Source: a virus (Duplodnaviria; Caudoviricetes). From it: a stretch of 45,224 nt of DNA. The stretch is taken from IMG/VR virus record IMGVR_UViG_3300031354_000004, positions 1 to 45,224 of that record; one strand, given 5' to 3'. Positions 26,821 through 36,898 of the stretch are shown here, piece by piece. Each line of letters opens with the position of its first letter. Position 1 is the first letter of the stretch. Both the position numbers and the translations under genes were made by a program. The notes below the pieces were generated by a model, which worked only from the letters and a program-made list of their open reading frames with translations, ran no database searches and was not told the origin of the DNA.

Positions 26821-27630
26821 CTAATCCCAATGAGGAGTAGAAGTAAAAACACCATCATACGCTGTATAGCCGCTTTGAGCATCTGAGCTAGGAGCAGTAG
26901 TCTGCTTATTAATATGCCCCCACGAGCCTCCAGATGGATAGTAATCAAGCTTTTTCCCATGCTTCTTTTGATCTTGTATCTTTTGCTTCTCAAAAATAGG
27001 ATAGAAACTACGCATCTTCTCAGTATTTGATAGAATCATATAAGCGTAGTAGATACCGCCGATTATAATACAAGAGTCACTCTTTCGAAATGAGTTAGAA
27101 GCTGAGGCCTGTCCAGGGTCAGTTCCCGCAGTAATTGTACCGCTTGAATGCTGTATTGGGGTAGGCCACAAAGAGTAAAGAGTCGTAAGTGTGTATACAG
27201 CATCCGGAGTAGGATATAAATATAGTCTTTGGTCAATAATTGTATAGAAACTTGGACGATTCTCACTGTCCGTATCTGCATGCATAGGAAAACTTTTTCG
27301 AAAAACTCTTGGCGGCCTTCCTTCAATAGGGTGATACGAACTTCCTTCTATAGCATGTAACGAGAATATCTGATCTACGAGATCATAGTTTTGATGTCCC
27401 CCAGCAGTTATAATAGCACTCAATTCGACGTAGTTTTGGTGCGCTACGGTGCTTATATCTACAGGGTCTTGCTTAAGCTCTGGATAGTCAGTCTCCTTCG
27501 CCATATCTTCCATAGCGCTATTTAACGCATAGATGATATTAGAATTCTGATTTGTCTGTATAACAGAGCCGCCCCGACCAAGGGCAGCCCTTACATGATC
27601 TTGTAACTCAGAATTTGTAAGGGATGCCAT
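26821..27630 (-). CDS. Head-tail adaptor / tail tubular protein A-like
   Basis: LN.A..D...; RP.FYT....LYLYPTPD..YTL pattern; position after the capsid genes. Confidence 0.7.
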   Translation of the reverse strand: MASLTNSELQDHVRAALGRGGSVIQTNQNSNIIYALNSAMEDMAKETDYPELKQDPVDISTVAHQNYVELSAIITAGGHQNYDLVDQIFSLHAIEGSSYHPIEGRPPRVFRKSFPMHADTDSENRPSFYTIIDQRLYLYPTPDAVYTLTTLYSLWPTPIQHSSGTITAGTDPGQASASNSFRKSDSCIIIGGIYYAYMILSNTEKMRSFYPIFEKQKIQDQKKHGKKLDYYPSGGSWGHINKQTTAPSSDAQSGYTAYDGVFTSTPHWD

Positions 27631-27645
27631 AAAATTACCTCCTTA

Positions 27646-28131
27646 TTATGGAGAATACGTAAAAGCGTAGCAATTTAGGATCGCAGTTAAGGCGGTAGCG
27701 TCGATCAATTTACCATAGCAATCTTTCAACGTGGTAGCCTTGTCACAAGCTCCGTCTGTCGAAGCGCCTAAACTGATACCCGCCCCGGCAGCAGCCGAAT
27801 TTTCCACAGTAGTAGATAATGTAATCGGTCCACTAATCTGCATCCAGAAGTACTGTCCATGTGTAGGAGTATTTACACCGGTCTCATTCTGCACACAACC
27901 GGCCAGCCAATCAGCAATACAGTAGCTCACATCGCTTGATACAGTATAACCGGTAAAGCCAGTAGAAATAAAGCCTAAGGCATCGCCCTTCGAAGGCACG
28001 TCTTCGCCGTCGCCATAGTGGAACTTAACCCACATATACCGACGACCCTTCCATTCACGGATCGCGCCAAGCTCCTCGACATCTGTATCATAGACATCGA
28101 ATAAGTCGGTAACCCAACTTGTCTTTTTCAT
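27646..28131 (-). CDS. Putative capsid decoration/cement protein
   Basis: LG......GRRYMWVK...GQYFWMQISGP; follows the major capsid gene. Confidence 0.6.
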   Translation of the reverse strand: MKKTSWVTDLFDVYDTDVEELGAIREWKGRRYMWVKFHYGDGEDVPSKGDALGFISTGFTGYTVSSDVSYCIADWLAGCVQNETGVNTPTHGQYFWMQISGPITLSTTVENSAAAGAGISLGASTDGACDKATTLKDCYGKLIDATALTAILNCYAFTYSP

Positions 28132-28179
28132 ATCAAATCTCCGATACGTAGTTATTAGAATTGTTAGGAAATTAACAGA

Positions 28180-29196
28180 TTAAGTTGGTAATCCGTGAAT
28201 TACACCCTGGGTTCTACGATCACTCGTGCCAAAAGAACAGGCAAGCAATGTATGAGCCACCATATCTTCCGGCTGATCTGGAATAGGCATCCACTGACCG
28301 AGCTTAAAGAAATAGCGAGGATCGTAAGTGAACTTCAAACCATCCATATTCAGGAAATACATCTTACCAGAAGGACAATTATCACCCCACAGAATAGGAA
28401 TACCCTCCCAGGCAGGAGTCTCTGCCAGGATTCCAAGATCGGCCGGCTGCTGTCCATGCCATTGATAGTAAGACATCAAGTCTTGTTGCAGCAGTTTGTA
28501 GATTGCCCACGTGGTAAAGATCAACGTGGTCTTCTTCAAACACAGCTTAACCATCTCACGCATAGCATCCTGCCCTGTGGCCAAGAAATCAGCCGCTGTT
28601 GGGGAGCCCGTAGTCTCGACATACGTCTCAGATCCATCATAATCAATAAACTGATTTTTCCACCACGTATAGGTTCCAGCAACAATTCCACCAACTGTAC
28701 CTGTGCCATCATCACTGATCAAATGCTGAATCCCTGGAGGCGCATTCGCAACTGTAGTTCCAGATTCGTCATTAGCCCCCAGTAAATGAGAGTCCAGATC
28801 CTCTTTCCAAGATTTAAAAGTATTCATAATCTTCTTCTTAATCATACTATAAACCTCAGCATCCCCGGCATTCTCCTGATCATCAGCCCAAAATCTTACA
28901 ATAGGCTTAGATGCTCTATACCAATCAAATTGAGCCTGATCCATAATATCGAAGTCATGCAGTTCAGTCGCACCACCTTTCTTCAACCAATAAATCTGCT
29001 CGTTCTTCCCGACTTCTAAGTCGTATTTAACATGAAGTCCTCCTCGCTTCGGCTGCAGGCCACCTTTCATACGTAGCATAGCCCAAAAAGCACTGGAGTA
29101 CGGATCAAATACGGAATCCCGAAGCCCACCAATAGACTTATCATAAGTCGAAACGAATAAGTCATTGATATACTCAGTTCTTGTTCTATAAGCCAT
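28180..29196 (-). CDS. Major capsid protein
   Basis: 338 aa after the scaffold; GG..V...L...N...; AQFDW; ENAG; GTVGGI....TWWKNQ; CPSGKMYFLN pattern. Confidence 0.85.
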   Translation of the reverse strand: MAYRTRTEYINDLFVSTYDKSIGGLRDSVFDPYSSAFWAMLRMKGGLQPKRGGLHVKYDLEVGKNEQIYWLKKGGATELHDFDIMDQAQFDWYRASKPIVRFWADDQENAGDAEVYSMIKKKIMNTFKSWKEDLDSHLLGANDESGTTVANAPPGIQHLISDDGTGTVGGIVAGTYTWWKNQFIDYDGSETYVETTGSPTAADFLATGQDAMREMVKLCLKKTTLIFTTWAIYKLLQQDLMSYYQWHGQQPADLGILAETPAWEGIPILWGDNCPSGKMYFLNMDGLKFTYDPRYFFKLGQWMPIPDQPEDMVAHTLLACSFGTSDRRTQGVIHGLPT

Positions 29197-29269
29197 TTTT
29201 CATACCTTATAAAGAGATTACAAAAATAAATATCTCAGACTGCCCAATAATTGTGCAATCATTCTATGC

Positions 29270-30067
29270 TCAATTTAAATCAGGCAATGGACCATGAATC
29301 TCTCTCATCTCCGCAAAACTATCTGCCAAGGCTTGCTCGATAGGCAGATTATTAGCAGTGCTATTATGCGCCCCAGCAGATATTGTTTGAAGCCCACCGA
29401 AGTCAATAGGTTCCGAGGCCTTTGGCTTTTCATCTTCCGGAAAATATTTCTTCTGGATCTCAGCAAATTGCTCAGGCTGTTCGTCTTGTTGACGAGCCTT
29501 TGCAAGTGTGTAGGCCTCAAGAACTGTTAGGCCCTTCTTGGCTTGCATAAGCTTCTGCATATCATTTTTATATACAGGCCAATCAGGATACTTAACTTTC
29601 TGATCTGCAGTTTTGGCGTTTACAAAGGCAGCTATCTCATTCTGTAAGCTGGTTTGAGAGTTAGCAGTAACTAGTCCGTTCATCTGCTCATGTATAGGAG
29701 CCACGATATCTTTCACGGCGCCGGTTACTACATGGATCATGTCCTCTTTCTGAAGTTGTAAAAGATCTCGTCTAGACATGGTTGCTAATTCCTCTTCAGA
29801 AATCTCAGCAAGTCTAGACTTAGGCGGCTCGTTGGGCGGTTCCGAGGGACTTCCGGATTGATCTCCAGCACTAGCCGAATAGTTGTCAATACGAGCGTTA
29901 AGGCTGTCCACTTGAGATTGAAAACGACCTTCCAATCCCTCTGTTCTCTTAACGACGTCTTGAACCAAGGTCAGAAGTTTATCAAGCTGTCCAGATAGTT
30001 CAGGATCTGCTGCTTGCCCGCCTGTCTGACCAGTCGAAGGCGGAGTTTTCGGATTCCAAAAAGGCAT
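29270..30067 (-). CDS. Putative scaffolding protein
   Basis: Helical, P/Q-rich; LEAYTLAK; directly upstream of the capsid gene. Confidence 0.65.
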   Translation of the reverse strand: MPFWNPKTPPSTGQTGGQAADPELSGQLDKLLTLVQDVVKRTEGLEGRFQSQVDSLNARIDNYSASAGDQSGSPSEPPNEPPKSRLAEISEEELATMSRRDLLQLQKEDMIHVVTGAVKDIVAPIHEQMNGLVTANSQTSLQNEIAAFVNAKTADQKVKYPDWPVYKNDMQKLMQAKKGLTVLEAYTLAKARQQDEQPEQFAEIQKKYFPEDEKPKASEPIDFGGLQTISAGAHNSTANNLPIEQALADSFAEMREIHGPLPDLN

Positions 30068-30079
30068 GGGATCTCCATA

Positions 30080-30532
30080 CTAGGGTTTTTTAGTTTTAGC
30101 ATCTTTGGCTTGTTGAGCAAGTTCTTTCTGCTCATTAGCAATGATGCGTTTGTGAGTAATTCGACGCCGTTCAATTTCGCCTTCTTTTACAAGTCGTCCC
30201 ATGAAGGAACGTAGACGGCCAGAGGTGGCGATCAGAGCAGCCTTGCCAGAGAAACTAACTTTGGCGATTTGTCCGTGCCGATTAAAATCAATAGTGATTC
30301 GAGTAGGCTCTGGGTCTTTATCAATACCAAAATCAGGCGGAGGCGTCACTACAGACGTGTAGTCTCTTTTTGGTACTGGTTTGATACGTTCTCGCGCCTG
30401 TAAGTGGCCAAGAGCGGACGCTTTATCGGCAGCCCTAGCTTCGGCAAGGGTCAGCTCTTTAGTAGCCAGAGGCTCAGTAGGTTTCTTGTCTCGTTTTGAG
30501 ATTTCTACCTTAGGGAATTTATCATTACTCAT
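30080..30532 (-). CDS. Hypothetical protein
   Basis: GGAGG RBS; 150 aa, basic. Confidence 0.7.
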   Translation of the reverse strand: MSNDKFPKVEISKRDKKPTEPLATKELTLAEARAADKASALGHLQARERIKPVPKRDYTSVVTPPPDFGIDKDPEPTRITIDFNRHGQIAKVSFSGKAALIATSGRLRSFMGRLVKEGEIERRRITHKRIIANEQKELAQQAKDAKTKKP

Positions 30533-30553
30533 TGGAAGCCCTCCAATAGGCGG

Positions 30554-30790
30554 TTATTGCTTTTTCTGTTGAGCCTTCATATACTTATCAAGAATCTCAA
30601 CGATTTCTGGAATACCCTTTGAAAGGGCATCGTGTTGAATTTGCGGATTTGGATCAGACAAATCGTCAAGGTATTTTCCAGCCCCTTTGACAAGCCTCTT
30701 GTACTTTTGTACCGAAGGCTGCCGGGCGATAAAACCGAAGATGAGTCCCAGAAGGGGAATCACGATCTGCACAAGGATGTCCTGTGTCAT
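30554..30790 (-). CDS. Small membrane protein (holin-like)
   Basis: One N-terminal TM segment ILVQIVIPLLGLIFGFIA; AGGAG RBS. Confidence 0.55.
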   Translation of the reverse strand: MTQDILVQIVIPLLGLIFGFIARQPSVQKYKRLVKGAGKYLDDLSDPNPQIQHDALSKGIPEIVEILDKYMKAQQKKQ

Positions 30791-30799
30791 AATGGCTCC

Positions 30800-31126
30800 T
30801 TAACTATGCGCCGTAGTATTTCTTGGCGACATATCTCTTACATGTTCATGGAGCTCCTTAGAAATCTCTTTAAGACCTTTTTCATGCTCGATCAGAGAAT
30901 GCTCTATGCGTTGTAAGATACTTGTTTGTTTCTCAGCCACGGAAGCAAGTCTTCGAAGGATGGCTTCATTTGTAAGCTCCCGCCTAAGTTGATCGGTACT
31001 GACGGAAGTGACCTTGCCCGGAAGGAATTTAGTAACTCCCCAACGGGCAAAGTTAAGTAGTTCTTTTAGAGCTAAGAGTAGGAAAACGGCCGCTACTCCC
31101 AACTCAGTGGGAGATAGCGAATTCAT
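30800..31126 (-). CDS. Membrane protein with coiled coil (holin-like)
   Basis: TM LGVAAVFLLLAL followed by a coiled coil; TAATG coupling. Confidence 0.55.
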   Translation of the reverse strand: MNSLSPTELGVAAVFLLLALKELLNFARWGVTKFLPGKVTSVSTDQLRRELTNEAILRRLASVAEKQTSILQRIEHSLIEHEKGLKEISKELHEHVRDMSPRNTTAHS

Positions 31127-31860
31127 TACAGATCCCTCTCATATTTGAGACGGGCCCCGGATAGATAGAGCTTGTCAGTGGTATGAGCAAAGGGCGTGAT
31201 AGTTAGGGTTAGATTCTCAGAATCCGTAGTAACATCGGCTGCTGGAATAGTGGCAGTGATAGTTGTAAAGGATGTCGTCGAGTTCGTGTCCGTAGTCACG
31301 TCTCCAGTGACATCGCCTTCGTTGAAATAATAGGCTATAGTAAAACCAACCGCATCTGTCGTGCCGTCAGAAGATACCCGAAATTCTACCGTCACGTCCG
31401 TGGAATCTGAAAAATCATAAGGCAACATCATTTGCCGCATCAAGGGATCATTATTAGATGAGGTCCAATTAATTTGCGGAGCTAGCTTAGTAAAGTTTGT
31501 AATAGCCTCATATACTGGAGTAGTATCACTACTTAGAAAACCAGCACCATTCGCAGTAGCAGCCACGTCACCAGTTGCGTCCAACTCTCGCCAAGAACCA
31601 AGATCTAGATCTATATAGCCATAGGTCAAAAGAGTCTCAAGGGCCGTAATATCAGTAGTAGCAGTACCAAGCGTAGTTCCATTGGTATTATGCTCTGTCA
31701 CAAGGCCATTGAGATCCGAAGAAAGATTTGCGATATGCTTATTATACTCCCCAGAATGGATACGATCCTTTCTTGTTGGAGTATTATAAGTGCGAGTAAA
31801 ACCGGCAATGAGAAGAGCAGCCAAGATAAGACCAAAAAGTCCCAACCAACGTTTTTTCAT
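31126..31860 (-). CDS. Signal-anchored, Thr-rich beta protein of unknown function
   Basis: AGGAGG RBS; MKKRWLGLFGLILAALLIAG; short coiled coil; T/D-rich beta-type C-terminus. Confidence 0.7.
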   Translation of the reverse strand: MKKRWLGLFGLILAALLIAGFTRTYNTPTRKDRIHSGEYNKHIANLSSDLNGLVTEHNTNGTTLGTATTDITALETLLTYGYIDLDLGSWRELDATGDVAATANGAGFLSSDTTPVYEAITNFTKLAPQINWTSSNNDPLMRQMMLPYDFSDSTDVTVEFRVSSDGTTDAVGFTIAYYFNEGDVTGDVTTDTNSTTSFTTITATIPAADVTTDSENLTLTITPFAHTTDKLYLSGARLKYERDL

Positions 31861-31873
31861 ATTACCTCCTTAA

Positions 31874-32470
31874 TTAAGAAGCTGGCGTTATGCCATACAT
31901 GGAAAGATTCATGCCAAGGCCCTTTGCGCCATCATCTGACGTGAGCAGAAATATATAATTAGTGGCGGCCGCCAATATAATTTCTCCGTCTGCTCTACCT
32001 TCTCCACCACCAAACGCCTTGGCACTGAAACAGTATTCTGTGAGGCCTTTAACCTCAGTACCGGTGGGGGAGGTTACATCTGTTAGATATTTTTCATTCG
32101 CTTGGAATGCCGGAGTGCCGGTCTTATCTTCAAGGATACCAAGAGTCTTCGTTGAGGCCAGCTTTCTATTATCCAGTGCGATAAGAGTCCCGGTGTTCGT
32201 AGTCCAAGAAGCCGCTTTGAGGACTTGGAAATGCGCTTTAGACTCAGAAGACCATTTATACTCAGCATGCAACTCCTTAGATCCTGTCTTAAAGGCTATA
32301 CTTATTGCCGCAGCCGAGGCATTATTATTAGATAGCGCAAATACCTCTCCAAGATGGATATAATGATGGCCCTCAAGAATAAGCACCTGCGCCCCAGAAT
32401 CAGGATCTACAGGATTTATCTTGTACGTCTTTCGTATAGAGGCCATAGTGTCTTGGGTAAGTTCTCTCAT
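31874..32470 (-). CDS. Hypothetical (probable virion) protein
   Basis: GGGAG RBS; 198 aa after the portal gene. Confidence 0.7.
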   Translation of the reverse strand: MRELTQDTMASIRKTYKINPVDPDSGAQVLILEGHHYIHLGEVFALSNNNASAAAISIAFKTGSKELHAEYKWSSESKAHFQVLKAASWTTNTGTLIALDNRKLASTKTLGILEDKTGTPAFQANEKYLTDVTSPTGTEVKGLTEYCFSAKAFGGGEGRADGEIILAAATNYIFLLTSDDGAKGLGMNLSMYGITPAS

Positions 32471-32479
32471 AAAATCTCC

Positions 32480-34180
32480 CTATTGTAATAGGCGTTGAGC
32501 AGGAGCTCCGCCAGATAAACGATTAGCATAATCTTGAACAGACAAAGGCGTCTCCTGTGCCGGAGTCTGCTCAAGAAGGATATCTTCTAAAGATACTCCT
32601 GGAAGCTCACCAAGAAAGTACTTTGTAAGACTGAGATTACTTATCAAAGGATTGTTTTGTAGCCTATCATAATAGGCCATAGCCCGTTTTTCGCGAATCT
32701 CTTTTGTCTCAGGCAGCGCTGAATCAGGATTTATTTTGATCTCATAGTCGCCTTGGCGAAGCATCTTTCCAGTGAAACGTACCCAAACAGCCGCACCCTG
32801 AGGATCAAGCACTTTAATGACTTGTTCCTGGCCCCAATGCCGGAAGATGATACGCATAGTATCTTCCATTACAGATAGATACATATCAGCAAGAATGTCT
32901 CGACGCTCATCCATGCGTAGATCAAGAGCACGAGCTACTTCACGAGTCTCTGTCGCCGTAGGTCCATGAGAAGTCGCCTGGTATTCACCAAAAGCATTAC
33001 GGTTGAAGCCCATAGTCTCACGAATGTCCTGCATTACTTGGAGTTCCATTTTGAAGAGGGCGTCTGGAATATGATCGGTCTCGATGATTTTTACCCCATT
33101 CAGATCTGCGATCTGGACCACGGCACTTACATCCTCACTCAAGAACTTGGCCTCTTGGTCTGGCTCTATAAGTCCGCTTTTTACCAAAAGCTTGACGAGA
33201 GATCTTCTCATATGCCAATGTTGCTTAGTCTTGATCTCATTTAATTGATCTTGGAATTGATGCAAGATAGAGGCATCTGAAACTCCCCAGACAGTAGACA
33301 TATCTGGATTCGGAATATAAAGATACCAAGGGCTCGAATGGTCCGTCTGTAGTTCGTCATCGGCCAGAATCAAAGCCATATCCGATCTATTAGGAGCAAG
33401 CACCATCACTTTTCTATTTCGCCGGTCTCTGATTTCAAGCAATCGAATAGTATCTCGACTGGGCATACTCGAACTGCCCCAAATTACTGGCTCTCCTTCA
33501 AGCTCTCCAAACATATTCTTTTGCTTTGAATGGAGCTTATCAAAGGCATTCTTTGGATATCGAGGGTCTCTTTTTACATCATCCTCATAAAGCGTAAGCC
33601 AATGGGCCTGAAACCAGGCACTTTCTTGATCTATGCAATCTTGTGGAAGTACATAGCTTTTCATATCGGTGATGGCTTGAAACCAAGGCATGTTACTTTC
33701 AAGGCCCATCCGATATTCAAAGCGTCTTCCATACTTATCAATAGGAATCTCTGTCCCACCAGGCTCTGGGGTAGGTGTTCTCTGGGCACCATAACCAAGC
33801 TTGCCAGCCCCTGTCCCAGTGAAAAAAGCTATATTCACGATCCGTTGCATTTGCCGCTTCATGTCCATGGTCTTAGTAAGGGAATTTAATACCCTTTCCA
33901 TAATACGCGCAAGTGCAAGATGTTCAAGCCCCGGCTTTGCTGGAGTTACGCTTATAGATGGATTTCGAAAGTATGTTCTCGGAACCAGTGATCTACACAT
34001 AGTAAAGAACATATTCTTAGTAAAGATTCCCGGACGGAACGCGTTCCGATAGTAGCTCATATATATTGGCCACTTATCCTGACGGGTCTGCACACGGGCA
34101 TAGTTCTCCCCCGCATGGATCTGTTCAATCCACCAGTTTATATTTGGATTTCCTTTATTATCGTATCCCTCAAGACGCAT
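32480..34180 (-). CDS. Portal protein
   Basis: 566 aa directly after TerL (TAATG); GTGAGKLG; WG.S; TATE motif. Confidence 0.8.
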   Translation of the reverse strand: MRLEGYDNKGNPNINWWIEQIHAGENYARVQTRQDKWPIYMSYYRNAFRPGIFTKNMFFTMCRSLVPRTYFRNPSISVTPAKPGLEHLALARIMERVLNSLTKTMDMKRQMQRIVNIAFFTGTGAGKLGYGAQRTPTPEPGGTEIPIDKYGRRFEYRMGLESNMPWFQAITDMKSYVLPQDCIDQESAWFQAHWLTLYEDDVKRDPRYPKNAFDKLHSKQKNMFGELEGEPVIWGSSSMPSRDTIRLLEIRDRRNRKVMVLAPNRSDMALILADDELQTDHSSPWYLYIPNPDMSTVWGVSDASILHQFQDQLNEIKTKQHWHMRRSLVKLLVKSGLIEPDQEAKFLSEDVSAVVQIADLNGVKIIETDHIPDALFKMELQVMQDIRETMGFNRNAFGEYQATSHGPTATETREVARALDLRMDERRDILADMYLSVMEDTMRIIFRHWGQEQVIKVLDPQGAAVWVRFTGKMLRQGDYEIKINPDSALPETKEIREKRAMAYYDRLQNNPLISNLSLTKYFLGELPGVSLEDILLEQTPAQETPLSVQDYANRLSGGAPAQRLLQ

Positions 34181-35865
34181 TACATCTCCAAGAAACTATG
34201 CTGAGGTTGTAGTGGTTGGCCTTCCCAGTCTGAAACAGTCTCCCAACCAGCAGGAAAAGGTGTATCGTGTGTCGGTTCTGTCTGAGTCGGAATCTTAGGT
34301 GCCTGAGCAGCAATAATATATGGTAGTTGCTCAAGCCCTACATAGGCCATACAAAGAGCCATTACATGGTCATCGAAGCAGCCTTCCATTGCCTTAAGGT
34401 CGCCATTGAATGTAGCTATTTCACTCATTAAATCGTCAGAGTAGAAAGAGATTTCTCCTAGAGCGCAATCACGCCGAAGAGCCGAGAAGAACATAGGCTT
34501 ATTTTTCTTCGTTGTCAGAAGCCCTGTACCTGTTACGTTGCTATTTCGACCATCGCTATAGATCATACGGATTGGATAGTTACGGCGCTCATTAAGGGCC
34601 ATCAAAGTAGCTATTCCGTAGTTGTTAGATTCCACGACAAGAAGTGGATAGCAATAGAGATCTTTATTTGGCTGTCTTCGATCATGATAGATCCACTGAA
34701 ACATCTTTCCCAGAGCTTCGATTTCTACTGCCAGCGCATCCGGGGCGATCGTCTTACTTTTATACTCGGCAACCTGTTCGCCCGTCTCATAACAAAGTAC
34801 CTGTATCACACTAGCGTCTTTATCAACACCGGCACCAACATCGACACCAATTGTGTAGTGCATATCCGATCTAGGATAGCCATCAAGAATCCACAGAGTC
34901 TTATCAACTTCTCGCCACCGATTTGTTTGAAAGAAAGCCACTTTATGGAAAAATGAATCTCTCATAGCCATAAAGCACTCACTCAGGGTCATAGGATATT
35001 CCTGCTTAAATAGCTCAATATCCATATCCATCTGACGAATTTTCATCCGTCTCCAAAGTACCTGACCCGGCGTTAGCTTTGGAAACTTCATAAGAAGTTC
35101 CGGCTCTTCAAACTCGAGTGAGACTTCTATCGTACCATGAACCTTAGGATCATAAGGAATTGTATATTCCTCAAATTCATGCCACGGTAGAAAATGAAGC
35201 TGTGCATCATAGGTCATTTCCTGTGCCCTCAAGCAGCTTCTATGATACCAAGTCATTGCACCATTCCCAGTAGACTCACAAAAGATCTCGCCATTCGCAG
35301 GGACCGTCTGAAAAAGAGCCGCAGTCATCGGCTTTGGATCATCCCAGAAGGCTACTTCAGAACAATGTAGATCTGTGATCATGTCACTACGGGCAGCCTC
35401 CGGAGAACCAGCAGTGTAGATAGAGATCGAGGAGTCCGTGTCTGGGAAGGTCAATTCGTTCTTCGTATTGTAATGCAACTCTGGACTCGGCCCCTTCATA
35501 TGAGCAAGGTAGTACTTGACCCGAGCAAGCATCCTCTGAGTAGCAATTGTAGTATGCGCAACTATCCTTACATTTCGATTCCTCATAGCTACAGCCTTGA
35601 CAGTAAACCTCCCAAGGACATACGCCGAAACACCTTCCTGACGAGCCTTCGGGACCCAAAGCCTGATTGGCCATCCCGCTCTCCTTATAAGTTGTATTTT
35701 TGTGTCTAATGAATACTGTGCCGAGTTCAGAATAAAATCAACGTCTTCTGCCTTCTTATTCGCAATCCTCAACGTCTGTTGCATAGCCAGACCCTCTGAG
35801 GTGCCCGTCCAGTGATTTTGTTTCTGAATCTGGGGTAATATCCCTAGAATCTGAGTTTCCGACAT
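34180..35865 (-). CDS. terL: Terminase large subunit (true start may be ATG 35784)
   Basis: F.LN.AQ; KARQEGVS Walker A; LHCSEVAFW Walker B; ESTGNG; IGVDVG..D.S; VESNNYG; DDHVMAL. Confidence 0.92.
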   Translation of the reverse strand: MSETQILGILPQIQKQNHWTGTSEGLAMQQTLRIANKKAEDVDFILNSAQYSLDTKIQLIRRAGWPIRLWVPKARQEGVSAYVLGRFTVKAVAMRNRNVRIVAHTTIATQRMLARVKYYLAHMKGPSPELHYNTKNELTFPDTDSSISIYTAGSPEAARSDMITDLHCSEVAFWDDPKPMTAALFQTVPANGEIFCESTGNGAMTWYHRSCLRAQEMTYDAQLHFLPWHEFEEYTIPYDPKVHGTIEVSLEFEEPELLMKFPKLTPGQVLWRRMKIRQMDMDIELFKQEYPMTLSECFMAMRDSFFHKVAFFQTNRWREVDKTLWILDGYPRSDMHYTIGVDVGAGVDKDASVIQVLCYETGEQVAEYKSKTIAPDALAVEIEALGKMFQWIYHDRRQPNKDLYCYPLLVVESNNYGIATLMALNERRNYPIRMIYSDGRNSNVTGTGLLTTKKNKPMFFSALRRDCALGEISFYSDDLMSEIATFNGDLKAMEGCFDDHVMALCMAYVGLEQLPYIIAAQAPKIPTQTEPTHDTPFPAGWETVSDWEGQPLQPQHSFLEM

Positions 35866-36475
35866 TTATATTTATCTTAGCATCGATGTTTTTTAAAAGC
35901 GAGCTCATAAATTGAGCAGCACTCATATCACCTTCCTTAGGCTTATCTTCTCGCTTCGCAAGGCCTTTTCCATTCAGTCGAAAGATCCGGTCGGCAGTCT
36001 TTATTCGAGTATCCAAATCTACATGCTTTCGAATACCGTCTCGATAGGCCTCTAAGGCAGAGCCCATAAGTGACGAAATGTCTTCATCAAGACTTTCCAT
36101 TAGATATGCCTTTGCTGCGCGGACCCTATGCTGACGAAGCCTCAGATTAATCGCCACCTCAGTCACATGGAAAAACTCAGCAAGCTCTCGAGTCTTCCAG
36201 CCTTGCATATGCAATCGAAGCGTCCTATATTCCATAGGGCTCAGAGCCATCACAGGATTATTATCTACCTCTTCTCGCGACAGGTATATACTATTTGCAT
36301 ACCCTGGATTCGGTCTAGGCTTTCGGCCCCGCTTAGCACCATGAGAAACCGCGGGAAGCATATCTCGAAACACTGCACCAGACAAAATCATCAGCGTGTC
36401 TGGCAACAACTCAAAAGGCCCTACAGCAAAAGGCTCCCCGACTTCCATTTGTTGAATATCACTCATGTTGCCCAT
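35756..36475 (-). CDS. terS: Putative terminase small subunit (HTH)
   Basis: HTH GWKTRELAEFFHVTEVAINLRL; R.KTADRI...G; KINININ; first gene of the late arm, upstream of terL. Confidence 0.65.
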   Translation of the reverse strand: MGNMSDIQQMEVGEPFAVGPFELLPDTLMILSGAVFRDMLPAVSHGAKRGRKPRPNPGYANSIYLSREEVDNNPVMALSPMEYRTLRLHMQGWKTRELAEFFHVTEVAINLRLRQHRVRAAKAYLMESLDEDISSLMGSALEAYRDGIRKHVDLDTRIKTADRIFRLNGKGLAKREDKPKEGDMSAAQFMSSLLKNIDAKININVGNSDSRDITPDSETKSLDGHLRGSGYATDVEDCE

Positions 36476-36497
36476 CCATTGGTCGATTTGTCTCAGT

Positions 36498-36638
36498 TCG
36501 GGAATCGAAGAAGGACAAGGATCCCAAGGCTTCGAGACTCATGTGAGTATCTGTGGGAGAGCACACAGAGAGAGTCTCGAAGCCCGGGGGCTGTTTCAGT
36601 TTGTCTAAGGCGCCTCTTGTTTGGGGCTGGAGCCCCCG
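36498..36638 (-). promoter_or_regulatory. Structured 5' leader of the late operon (three adjacent stems)
   Basis: Inverted repeats 36528-36540/36572-36584 (13 bp), 36585-36592/36631-36638 (8 bp), plus a weaker stem near 36498-36526. Confidence 0.5.
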
Positions 36639-36792
36639 AGAGAGGTGTTTTCTGAATCCTTCTTTGAAATTCATTATTTTTCAGAGTGGAAATTTTTGGT
36701 AGTTAGAAATATGGTCTAAGATACTTGGACCCGCGCACTGAAAAGGGGGGTACAAGTGTTCATAGTTGGGTGAATGTTTGTTCCTTTGAGTT

Positions 36793-36808
36793 TGGCACAC
36801 GGTGTGCA
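36793..36808 (+). promoter_or_regulatory. sigma54-type -24/-12 motif (degenerate)
   Basis: TGGCACACGGTGTGCA; GG-N10-GC. Confidence 0.45.
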
Positions 36809-36812
36809 TGGG

Positions 36813-36828
36813 TGCAAGTGTTGGGCCA
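36813..36828 (-). promoter_or_regulatory. sigma54-type -24/-12 motif
   Basis: TGGCCCAACACTTGCA on the - strand; GG-N10-GC. Confidence 0.55.
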
Positions 36829-36898
36829 CGTTCGGGCATGATTTTGTATTTTGTGTTTTGTATGATGTGGAAAAAAGGTGTATCTTGCGCGCGGAAAA

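Noticed and set aside
16385-36655. Numerous + strand ORFs of 60-200 aa opposite the structural genes
   Set aside because: Antisense shadows of long - strand genes, without RBSs or recognisable motifs
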